From Microbotryum violaceum (Eukaryota), in contig CDLV01000019.1 of assembly GCA_001244265.2 (NCBI GenBank), forward strand, positions 372,001 through 436,000: a stretch of DNA of 64,000 nucleotides, read 5' to 3'. The translations under genes were made by a program, and so were the position numbers. The notes beneath the pieces are model-generated. The model was not told the DNA's origin. It saw only the letters and a program-made list of their open reading frames with translations, and ran no database searches. The first letter of the stretch is position 1, and every line of letters starts with the position of its first letter. Shown here in pieces: positions 37,596-49,056 of this stretch.

Positions 37596-40131
37596 CTATC
37601 CTAACGTCTTCATAGCCCATCTCATCAACAACCCCAAATCACCCGTCAGATCCAACACCTCTTTCGCCTTGCTCACGTCCACTTCCAAGCCTTCGAAACG
37701 GAGGTGATAACCCTCCTCCCCCTCTTCCGACGATGTGGACGATATATGAAGCGCCGTAGGTTTCGCCAGTTCGGCTGGACCAGAAGGGTGTGGGAACGAG
37801 AGTGAGAGAGAAGAGTCGCTTTTGATTTGAACAAAGATCGGCAAGGTCGATCGCGTTGATTCTTCGATGAGGCGGATGACAGAATGTGTTAGCATCTGTG
37901 CTCCATCCGTCAAGCTACACGCCTTCGTTCGATGACCTCACCCAAGACATCCTCCAACGTTATCGGAACCTCCACTTCGAGTTTCCTCCTCTTCGTTCGA
38001 AGGGCCCCATCCAACACTTCATTGTTCATCCCAGATTTCGGAACAAGGTACCGAGGATGGAAAACGCTCCGCACAAGCGCGTTGATCCTCGCCTGCGCTT
38101 GGATGATCTGCCGAAGGCGAGCGAAGTGGGGTTTTCAGTCCGTGCGCCTCGAAGAACAAAAACCAAGACCGACCAGATGGCTTACTTTGAGGGCTTTGAA
38201 CAGCTGCTCGGGCGCACGGAACCGGATACTCGTGAGGAGGTAACCGGGGACTCGGGTCGAGGTATCGAGAGCGTATTCTTGCACCATTGGGAGGTCGTCG
38301 AATGACTGTCATCACAAAAAAGAGAGAGAAATGGTATAAGGAGCAGAGAGGTGTACGCGAACGTTGACTGGGGGGACATACAACTTTGTACCGAGCACTA
38401 GGGTCAACGGCGTCCACTCGCTCCATGGGACGCTGCGACAGCTGCGCATCTCATCCTATCCACTCATCAGCTTTTTGCCTACCCTCAAACACGTCCCCCC
38501 CCCCAAACAACACTCACCAACACCGCATCAAGCGTACACGCCCCCTCCATCCCCAGTCCCTTCCCCTTCCCCGACCCCACTCCCACCCCAACCTCTCCAA
38601 GGACCTCCCTAAGCCTCCTCCCCACCTCTTTCGTAATCCCCACGCCTCCATCAAACCTCGCCACGAACCAAGGAGCCGTACATTTATCCAAGACTCTGTA
38701 TCTGATCTTCTTTACAGCAGGGGGATCGAACATCGTCGTCGTCGAATCCCCTTGCGTCTCCTCCTCGACGAGGTCGACGTAGGATGAGGGGATCAGGGTG
38801 GCCTTGTTGGGTTTCTCGAGGTGGATCGAGACGGTGCTGATACCGTCGAGGGAGAGGAGGTCGGAGAGGTCTTGTTCGAAGTTGCTCATCGATGCTTGGG
38901 TCCATGTGTTGGTCATTTGTACCAATGGTGTGGCGTGGTAGACCATGCGAGGGAGATGGTCTCGCGTTCGAGGGAGCAGGAGTCCTCTTCTTGTCGGATC
39001 AACAGGCTTTGATGTTGTTTGACTGCATGCTTGCCCAAGCGCATCAGCTAATCTTCTCCCCATATAACCCAGCAATCCATACCAACGAGATCAAACTACT
39101 CACCCCTCGGCTTGCCCCGGAGAAAGCACAAGCCTACAAGCCATCTCAATCCTCTCCACCGCCAAGAACGCATCCACCCCACTCTGTTCCGTCATCGTGT
39201 CCAAGCTCGTCAACTCCCTCAAGATCCTCCTACACCCCCTCAAACCTGCCTGTAAGGCCTTCCCCCCTGCTTCTTCGTGCGCGTCCCCCTCCTCGTCTCC
39301 GAGTAGTGACACACACTTCTGCAAGCTCCCCGCCACCTCCGTAAGATCGACTTGCCCCGCATCCATGACATAAGATACGTTGACCTTGTCGACGTTCCCT
39401 CGTTTGGTCGAGATGATAAAATCGACGACCATGACTTTGCCTCCCAAACTCAACGTCTCCGTCTCGGCCCTCGGCATCGTCATCGTCATCGCCAACTTTT
39501 CCCCTTCCTCCTGACCGCCTTCTCTAAACGAAACCAATCCCAAGCCTTTCGCAATCCCTTGAAGTACTTGCACAGTCCTTTCCAACCCAATCGATCCCAA
39601 CTCGTTCGGAATCGCAACGGGTACCGAATCCTCATTCGTATGAGCGTCTACTATGCGTTTAGCGATCTCGAGTTCGGTCGAGAGCCAATGATTCAAAGCG
39701 CCTTGATGCGTCGAAGCTTCTTTGAGCACGCTAAGGTATTTATCTAATTGAGCGTGCGGTTTAACCGTGTTGGATGCGTTCGGAGCCACGGCGGTTGCTT
39801 GGTTTGAGGTGGAATGGTCCGAGGTTGGGGTAGGTGGGGGTGGAAGGAGCGAATTGAACGATTCGATCGCTTGGCGTAGTTGCATTAGGGTTGTAGAGAC
39901 GTGCTGTCGAGTACTACTTAGCTGTTGGGGATCTAAGGGACCATAAGGATGGAGGAACCTAGTCGACGACGATGGCATGGAGGAGGAGGAGGAGGACGTG
40001 GACGAGCATACGCGGTCGAACGTCGCGCTGATCGACGTGGACAAGCTGTGCGCCAAGCTGAGGATCGTAGGCGGTGCGGAATCAACCCCATGCAACAAGT
40101 GTGATGCTGAGGCGAGAGGGGTGGAAACCAT
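37596..40131 (-). CDS. Mediator subunit Med1-like protein
   Basis: LERTVQVLQGIAKGLGL...TLSLGGKVMVVDF...VDKVNVSY resembles the fungal Med1 domain. The multi-exon reading ends ...DLGLLMRWAMKTLG*. Confidence 0.6.
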
Positions 40132-40334
40132 GTCGAAACGCAGTTGTAGACCAGTAAGCGGCCGAGCTGATGGGAGGTCACTCGAAACTACGTCGACAGG
40201 CGCGCACAAGTCGACCGGTATTAGTCCGACATCACGTGACGCAAGACGAGTTGAGCGGATAGACCAAGTTGAAACGAAGGGGGTATCTATTGCGGTGGAA
40301 CGTAGTAGTATCGACAAGTAGGCTCAACCCAGAA

Positions 40335-40430
40335 ACTGATAAAGCGAACGAAGAATGTCATTTGAAACTGACAAAACGAACCAAGATTGCCTTCTGGCAC
40401 TGATAAAACGAACGAAGACTGTCTTCCCGC
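40335..40430. repeat. Three imperfect 32-bp tandem repeats
   Basis: actgataaagcgaacgaagaatgtc / actgacaaaacgaaccaagattgcc / actgataaaacgaacgaagactgtc start at 40335, 40367 and 40399. Confidence 0.8.
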
Positions 40431-40532
40431 AGCGACTTAATGCAGAACGAAAAACGCCGATCCCGTGAAAGAACCGTCAGACCATACCCGTAACCTGCCC
40501 CAGAACCTTTCCAGAAGGCCCCATCTCCCCTC

Positions 40533-43004
40533 CTAAATCTGCTCCACCTCCCTTAACAAATCCTTCGTCAAAGTCTGCCTCGCACTCAACGCCCCATTCC
40601 CTCCCGGTCCCCGTCCCCCACCAGCAACAATTTTATTCGTCTTCCTCGTCTCCAGCAGCCTCTTGGTCCTGAACGGTTCATACTTGTCCAACCTCGTCGT
40701 TTCCTTTAATATCTTCATCTTGATAAAAATGGCTTCCTTCAAGGGAGTGAAGTCGCAATGCGACGGATCGAGGACGTTGAGGGAGCCGTATTTGAAACGA
40801 CGTTCGTAGGTCTCCACCGTGAGATCGTCGTCGCCCTCATTTCGTGACGGACCCTTCTTATCCCTCGTAGATTCCTCAGCAGCGACCACAGCGAAAGGTA
40901 GGAAATCATCAAAGGTCGGCGTCTCGATCGGTTCTTCGAATTTCGCAGTTTCGGCAGCGGCACTCATCCTCCTCCTCGAAGGGGGAAGAGTTGATAACCT
41001 TCCTCGGGCTATGCGGATCACCTTGACCGGCGCTTCATTTTCCGCGACTTTGCTCGCATCCGCCGCCCTTTCGGTCTTGACAGATCCACGTCGAGTTCTG
41101 GTATTCGGTGGCATAGACTCTCCCTCGTCATCTGTCTCCTCGTCGTTCTCATTCTCGTCATCATCCTCATCCAAGGACGAAGCGCTAGCCGACGAAAAAG
41201 CGCCAAACGAAACACCCGATCGAGTCAAATCGCGTCGTACAGCTTCCTTGACTTCCTCAAGTCGGCGAACAGTCAGTTCGTCCGCTCGAGCGATGATCTA
41301 TGAACAGGGCGCAAAGCGTAAAGTTCAATTTTTCCCTTTGACAGCGCGCTGATAGGCAAGAGAGAAAGAACATACGGGAAGGACGTGCACGCGCTGCGAA
41401 AGCTTCTTGATGCACTTGAGGTCCGTCTCCGTCAGCCCCATCTCATCATCGTACTCATCATCGTCGTCGGGAAACACATTCTGCTCATGCCCATTCATGG
41501 CAGCTCCTCGCTTTGCTTCCTCCGAGGTAGCTGTCGAATGTCCATTCGCCCTAACTTGAGGTCGGACCGAGTCGGGGTGGATGAAATAGAGGCACAGATG
41601 AAAGTGTGAATCCGGCGATCTTGCCGAGGGTCGAACAACTTGACTTTCCCTATGAGAATCAGCGCCTTTGAGCAACAATGAGTCTCCTTCTGATTCTAGA
41701 CTCCAGATCACTTTCTCTCGAGCCGCACTCACGCCTTGAGCGTCTCATCGAACCTCTCTTCGACGATCCTCAAAATCTTCCCCAACTGTCTCTCTACCTT
41801 CATCTCGTCCAAGGCGTTCCAACCTCTCGAAAGAGGTGACAACCCCTTCACCCCTTCTTCCTCATCCGATCGATCCAGAGCGACCGTATCGACGCAGGTT
41901 AAGGCGACCTTCTCATTGTGGGGACCGATCACTTCGATCGAGATCGTTTGCGTTTGCCTCGTCGGAACGATCTTTCCTTTCCTCTTTGCACCCTTTCGAG
42001 ATGCCGAATCACCGATTCCGAAATTCCTAATCGACTCGCGACTCTTTGGCGCATCAGATCCCAATTCAAGGTTACCCAAGAAGGTCCGAATCCAGCCCGT
42101 CTTGCCCGTTGATTTGGCACCTACGACGATCAGGTTCAAAGGTGGTGCGACACGATGACTCCTTCGAACGAAATTCGACGTGTTCGAACTTTTGGTCACA
42201 CGTGAACGAATGGGTGCAGCGAACCCAGCGCCGCCGCGGCCGTTCGGTCCGAGACCATTGGCGAGCGCTTGGGGTGTTTGGAGTAGAGTAAAGGAGTCAA
42301 AATCGACGCCGATGTTCGGGGAGGGGTACAAGGAGGCAATCGATTGGCGAGAGGCCGTTCCCCTTGCGATGTTTTGAGGAGAGGAATTAGATCGTGTCAT
42401 CGTCGTCTTTGTGGGAGAATCGCCATTGGCGAGAGACTTCGCTTTGGTTGCCGAGATCGGAAGTGGGGGTGGTTCGTCTTTCCGGTTGTACGACTTGGTC
42501 CTCGAATAAGTACTGGTCGGACGGGGGATAGGGACCATCGAGACCTTCTTTACGGGGACGGGAGGACTGGAAGGTTCGAAAGAAGCGTCCTCTTTCGACG
42601 TCGGTGAGACGGGTTTGCCCACCGACGACATCACCGAGGTGGGATCTGCGCCGAGTCCTGCTACAGCTCCGAGAAGTGCTGTTCCGGAGAAGAGGCCTCC
42701 ATTGGGAAGTGAGGGCTCGATCACTGTTTGGAGTTCACATCGAAATGTCAGCTCGACGAGATTGGAATGTTCAAGGATCGGCGCGACGGTTAAGATCAAA
42801 GCACGCTCTGAGGGGGTCCCGGCGCGTGATCGACTGCAAATGAACTTCGGCGAACGAGGGGGAGGATCCGTGTCACGGCGGCCCACAAGGGCTCGGCCCC
42901 ACACGTCAGAAGGAAGACCACTTACCGGGTAGGGTAAGTTCGACGGGCGATGCTGAAGGTTCGGGACGGGTTTTGGACGATGATTTACGCCGAAGGAAGG
43001 TCAT
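40533..43004 (-). CDS. Non-canonical septin-like P-loop GTPase
   Basis: LNLIVVGAKSTGKT; HLCLYFIHP; GLTETDLKCIKKLSQRVHVLP-IARADELT; LPFAVV; RRFKYGSLNVLDPSHCDFTPLK (septin unique element). Confidence 0.8.
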
Positions 43005-43668
43005 GGCGCTGATCGGTCCCGAGAGCTGCGTGCTGCGATTAGACAGTGCAGTGCGTGTCCCGCTCAGCGGTCGCGCGGCGGTAGAGGCTGGCTGGCAGAT
43101 GCTACGACCGGCAATGTGTCTCAGCGCTGGCGCGAAGGCGAGCTGAGCTGGTCGGGACCAGTGCGGTCACGATCGGGGCTGGTCGAGCTCGCACTGGGAG
43201 AAGACGAGTACAAGTATAAAGAAGGGATTCAACGTTTTAGAGGTTCGGGAAGGTAAGGGAGTGAGCAAGCGTCGAGCAACGACGATGGTGCACGGGCGCA
43301 ATTTATTAGCTGGCGACATCCGCCAAAGCGGTCTGTGCGGGGCGGGTGAGACGCGTGAGGCGCATCATTAGCCTCATGGGCTTTTTCCGCATCAAACGGT
43401 TTGCTATAAACCAATTCGGGGACCCAGCACCCACGCGTCGCTCCTCGCAAGCCGCCACAGAAGAGGTGTTCGCTCTCCTGTGTTGTTGCCAAACTTGCTG
43501 TTGTTTTTTGGGCTCTCTCTCTCTCGTTCTCACCTCGTGGTGCCCAGACGACGCCTCACAAGCTGCTGTACATCCGTTTTTACCGCGAGCCATCACTCCT
43601 TTGTCACCGACGCTGGCCCACCCCGACTTGCTTAACTCTGCCGGAACTTTTGACCAACGGATCACACC

Positions 43669-44737
43669 ATGTCAGCCGGAGCAAGGATGAAGCGTCTCAC
43701 ACGTGAAGTGTCGGACATCCACAAAGAATCCGTACGTACTCAATCTCGTCCTCGTTCTCCAACATTACAACTGACACATGTTCCTCCCCCTCTACCGATA
43801 TGCCGCCTGTCCAGTCCAAAAGCGGCATCACGGTCCGATCCCTTTCCCCCGATTCCTACGACCACCTTGTTGGTTCCTTTCCCGGGCCCACGGGGACACC
43901 CTATGAAGGAGGCGTGTTTGAGGTCGATATCCAACCTCCGCCGAATTACCCATTCGCACCGCTCAAAATGAAGTTCATTACAAAGGTACGCAGCCGGGGC
44001 GAGAACAGCTAAGAAAACAGTCATCACTGAAGAAAGCTAACTGTTTCTTTTTGTCTTCTTTATGCAGGTTTATCATCCCAGTAAGTCCTCCTCGAGGCAC
44101 GCCACGCTCACAACTTCACCGCTGACCACACCTCCCCCCACATTGCCACCCGCAGACGTCTCCAGCTCGACCGGTTTCATCTGCCTCGATATTCTCAAAA
44201 CGTCTTGGTCACCGTCAGTTTGTCGCCCGTACGACCTTGCGAGATCGATCATACTAACCCTCTGGTCCCCTCCCCTGGTGGGTTGTAGTGTCTACACGCT
44301 CCGGACCTGCCTGGTCTCTTTACAATCACTGCTGAGCACACCCGAGCCTAACGATCCTCAAGGTAAGAGCAAAAATGACGCTGCTCTCCTTGCCGGGCGA
44401 AGAACCCAAGCTCATCTTCATCTCCTACCCCTCTTCCTTAGACGCCGAAGTGGCGAAACACTACCTCTCCTCACGCACGAGTTTCGACTCGACCGCGCAA
44501 TACTGGACCCAGGTCTACGCCAAACCCAACACCAACACCTCCGCCCCCTCCATCCCGTCAAACGATCCGCAAACCCAAGCCACTTTAGCAGGTTTAGAAT
44601 GGTCCGATGTTCGACTGTTCGCGCAAATGGGTTTCGAAGAGAGGGACGTGATTGAGGTTCTTCAGAGGTTGAATTATCGTAGTGGGAATAAGGAGAATGT
44701 CGGTCACGAGGCGGTGTTGGAAAAGTTGTTCGTTTGA
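43669..44737 (+). CDS. UBC1: Ubiquitin-conjugating E2 with C-terminal UBA-like domain (Ubc1/UBE2K)
   Basis: [70 protein letters not shown]. Confidence 0.92.
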
Positions 44738-45145
44738 GTGGGTGAAAAGGATGGTGTGGTGTGTGGTGGTGGGATTTGGGGGTCAAAAGTGGAGTGTACT
44801 TTTTAGGCAATGCAGAAAATATCTTCGTTAACACTGGAAATCTCCCCGAGGCATGGTCAATTCGTATCGAGGTGGCAGAAAGTTTGAAAAGGTGATCTCC
44901 GACTTGTATATTTTTATACCCAAAAGTGGAAAAAAAAGAACGACGTGCAACCCTATGAGCAAAGACAAAGAGTCGAAAACTGGAGAGGAGAAACGTGTGC
45001 GCAACAGGAGAGGCGAAAAACAAAAGTTGGTGAGTGTGGTCGTGGGTGGCAGGGGTCGTGAAAGGAGATGAATGATCGGCGAGAGAGCGGATGCGCTACC
45101 GCTTCGCAGGGCATGCCAAGGTCGAGTTTACGCCGCGCCGCGAAT

Positions 45146-47504
45146 CTAAGCGTATCGGTTGATGAAATCCGACAACTGCACAATTCACAAAGCATCCGTC
45201 AGCATCCACATTTTTCCCTCCCCTCACCACTCTGTGCAAGCTCACCTTCGAAGCCCCCTGCCTCAACGCCAACTGCACATCATCCGCGCTTTCGATACCC
45301 GTCGTCTCCATAAAGTTGCGTACCGCATCCCGAGCACTTGCTTCCAAGCCTCCGAGTCCGTTGGCCTGTAGGATCGATTCCTCACCCTCGTTATCTTCGT
45401 CCTCGTTGCGACCGTAGTACATGCTGCGGGGAGATAGGAGACACGAAGGTGCGTCAATGGACTGTATCACGCCTCGGGCTCCCGTGAGAAGAAAAAAACT
45501 CACCTCGATGAAATCGCGGTCGCACCATTGAACTGCTGCAACCTCTCCTTCGCCTCCTTGGCCGAATTTGCATCATACGCCCCCGTCTGATGGTACATAT
45601 CCGACGAAATACCCTTTTGCGCGCCGAACGTCTTTCGCGCATAATTGTTGACCGGTTCTTGGTAATCATCGCCGAACCCGCGAGCCCTTCGTTCGGCGAG
45701 TTTCCTTTCCTTCTCGGCCAGCGCGGCCGCTTCGGATCCGGACATGCCCATCGTTTGACCGAAGCCGAGGCGTTTAATCCCCATTCCCAACCGTTCCGTA
45801 TCGACGCTCTCCTTCCTTTCCGCGGCCTTGGCACCAACCCCCGTACCGGACGTCGTTCCATTCCTCGACCCTCTCGTAGCGGCAGAAGAAGCGGCCGCAC
45901 TCGCCGCAGCGGCTTTTTGAGCCGCTTCAGCCTCGGCCCTCGAATCGTAACCCAATTGTTTGATCCTTTGTTCCTCTTCCCGGGCTTTGCGCTCCGCCTC
46001 TTCAAAGTTCACGGTCCCACCGACCTTTTTGACCCCTCCGAATTTGCCCTTGGCAGCACCACCGCCGAGACTGGACCCACCGGACAAACCGGAGGATGAG
46101 GTCGTTCGCGTTGCGCCGAGAGTTGTTCTCGGGCGAGACGCACCGGCCGCGGTCGCGCTCGTCGTACGTAATGCTGAAGAGGTCACCGTTCGTGGAGGAG
46201 CGGCAGCGGCAGGTGTGGCGCTCGCAGCTGGCGAGGTCCCCGAGGCAGGCGACCCAGTACGTAGCAGAGGTGTGCCCGAGCCTGAGCCGTTGCCAGCAGC
46301 GGTGACGGCGGGCGAGCCGGGACGAGAGTTAAGAGGGGTATTGCCAGGTGAGAGGCCAAAAGAGATGAGGTTGGGTTGCACGGGGGCCAAAGTCGCTTTC
46401 GGCTTCGGCTTGGCGTCCCACGTGTCAAAGAAATCATCGGCGGCCGCACCTCCGGCTTGAGCGCTCGCAGCGGCGTCGATGTTCGCGCCTTCGACGGTCA
46501 CGAGGTGGGGACCAAAGATCTGTTCGTCCTCGGCGGCCCGCTTGGCTAGCTCGTCCCTATACAGCGTTGCAGCGCGGGACGTGTACTTGGCGGTCGTGTC
46601 TTGAGAGTTCTGCACCGAACCGGGGTGACGCGCACAAAAGTCGTTAAAGGCGGCGTTGCCACCGACCTTCATCACCCGCAGTTGCTTCCATGACCATACA
46701 TCGAGGTTGGTAGATCTACGCCGGGACGTTCGCAAAAAAAAGTCAGATATTGACCGGTTCTTGTACGGAAGAGGCCACTCCGATCAAGGCGAAGGGCCGG
46801 CCTACGCACCGAACAAAAGTAACGTGTACACCGGCATTTCGGTGACCGCTGTAACCCGAAAAAGAGATGAAAAATGGGTGGTGTACATGCATGTAAATCA
46901 GCAAAAGTGTTGCTCGGCGTCGCGAAAGGACGCGATGCCCAGCTCGGGCAAGAAGCGCACCTAGAGCAGTCGAGGCAGATGTAGACGCCAAAGGTGACGG
47001 ATGACCAAGTCGGATTCTGTATTTGGGTGAGAAGACGGCGTAGCGCATCATCAGCCATCGCCAAGGCAAGGAGAGGCGGGAGGCGCGTCGGTCGTCGAGG
47101 CACGCCACGGGGTCGGACTGGACGGACAGCCCTCGCGCGCTGCGCTCGGACACGTACCTTGGCACGACAGTCGGCGCACATCTGAGTGGGCGAACCGGAG
47201 AGAGCGCCGACGAGGAATGATGGCGTCGCGTGACAGGTGAGCACGACATCCAATCCAATCCGATCGAACGATCATCGACGAAGGCACGGTCGAGGCCGAC
47301 AGGCACAGCGCGAGGAGGAGAGAGAACACGGGTGTCAGCGAACGTTGTCGTGACAGATGTTATCCCACCATCCTCGACAACTAGGTCACGACATAAACCC
47401 TCCTCTATGACCTCGTCACCAACAGTACGTACCTTGTTGGCCTTTTGGGCACGCAAGACGGCAAAGATGCTGTCGCGTTCTTTTGACGTGGCGCTCATCG
47501 ACAT
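45146..47504 (-). CDS. GLO3: ArfGAP Glo3/ARFGAP2-3
   Basis: [63 protein letters not shown]; Glo3 motifs ERLGMG, FGAQKGISSD, FNGATAISS. Confidence 0.94.
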
Positions 47505-47514
47505 GGCGGCGGCG

Positions 47515-47626
47515 GGCTGACGGCTGACGGCTGACGGCTGACGGCTGACGGCTGACGGCTGACGGCTGACGGCTGACGGCTGACGGCTGACGGCTGACGG
47601 CTGACGGCTGACGGCTGACGGCTAAC
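47515..47626. repeat. Heptamer minisatellite (GGCTGAC)15 plus one GGCTAAC unit
   Basis: Perfect 7-bp units from 47515 to 47619 and a variant unit at 47620-47626. Confidence 0.97.
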
Positions 47627-48910
47627 GCGCTGACGGGGGATGCGCTGGTGGGGGAGGTGACTACGAGTCGAGTGGGGGGTGTCCAGGTGTTGGTGGGTAT
47701 TCGTGCTCAAATCTTGTCTCCAATCAATTGACTGCGTGTGGTCGCGTGGACGATGACGAAGACAGCGACGAGGGCGAGGCGCGACAGTGCAGCCTGAGAG
47801 GCATACCCCGAGTCGACGTGCCCAGCGGCAAGAGCTCGCTCGACCCAGCAGCGATGTGGGCTTGTGCCCGGCGACTCGTGCGAGTGAGAGATCCTTTTAG
47901 GCCAGGCCACATTCCCGAGCTCCCTGCGACAGTTTGTTTCTTATCATTCCTTCGTAGCTTAATGAACACACTTCACCTAGAGTTCCAGCAGTTTGGGACA
48001 AATATTGGACCGGCTGATTGGCAGCTGGTTCGGCCGACAATTCGGTTAATCTGCTCGGGCGAGAACGAACGAGTGCCCCATTGAAGGGCTGGCGCTGCGC
48101 ACAATCAGCTGACGTCTCTTTCTCCCACTGCTTTGCCCTCTCGTAGAAGCTCCACATTTACGACCAAGTCGGGAATAACGAACCCCCCACGCGAAGCCCT
48201 GGTCAAGGACAACATCACCGTCCACACCTCCTGTAAGTTATCCCCCGTATAAGTTTCTCGCCTTTATTCCGCTCGGCCCAAGATCACCCTCATCAGTCTC
48301 ATCCGGCCGGCGTTGATACCCATTGATCGCTAGGGGTCGTTCACTTTCCTTGCGCCCTCTGCTTTGGCTGCATCGACTCGACGAACTTTGCACGGTCGTC
48401 TCTCGCCTTTTTGAGCTTGTGATCCATACCATTGCCAGCAGGCTACACCAATTCCTAGCCGCACGGACATGAAAATTTCGCATCATCATAAATCCTGCAA
48501 TACACATGCTACCATATGGTCCTTGCAGATTACAAGTGAGTATACCAGCACCGAGATTACATAATTCAGTCGTGCATTGATCCGAGATCAAGTGCAAGGA
48601 CATGTCCGTTCATCTATGTAAGCCGCGCGGCCAGCCGCTGTTCGGATGCGCCATCGGCTACAGCCCGGTGGCAATTGATCACTCGGCCGGTGGGGCTCGG
48701 AGTCCGACAAGATTACGAGAGCTACAAAGAGTAGCCGGCCCCTGCAAATCATTTTCAGCTCATTAACTTACTTGAGAACTATGAAGGCACCAACCCATTG
48801 GACAGAGCTCAGCTCGGTGTCCAAGACAGCTTTTTCAGTGACTCGGGCCATGATCGACTTTAGCGAGCTCAAAATGGCCCAACATGGGCGGTCAGTGACT
48901 GCCAGATGCG

Positions 48911-48916
48911 CACGTG
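48911..48916. promoter_or_regulatory. CACGTG bHLH/Pho4-type box upstream of PPN1
   Basis: gCACGTGc about 140 bp before the PPN1 ATG; function inferred. Confidence 0.35.
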
Positions 48917-49056
48917 CACACTGGGAGCGACCTCAACCACCTCCGCCTGCTACATCCGTCCCTCGCTAGTCAGCGAACCGTCACACGACCAGGCGGCTCA
49001 AGGGCGTGGTGTCTTTGGATCATCCCAACTCGACCCTGATTCTGCGGAGAACGCAG

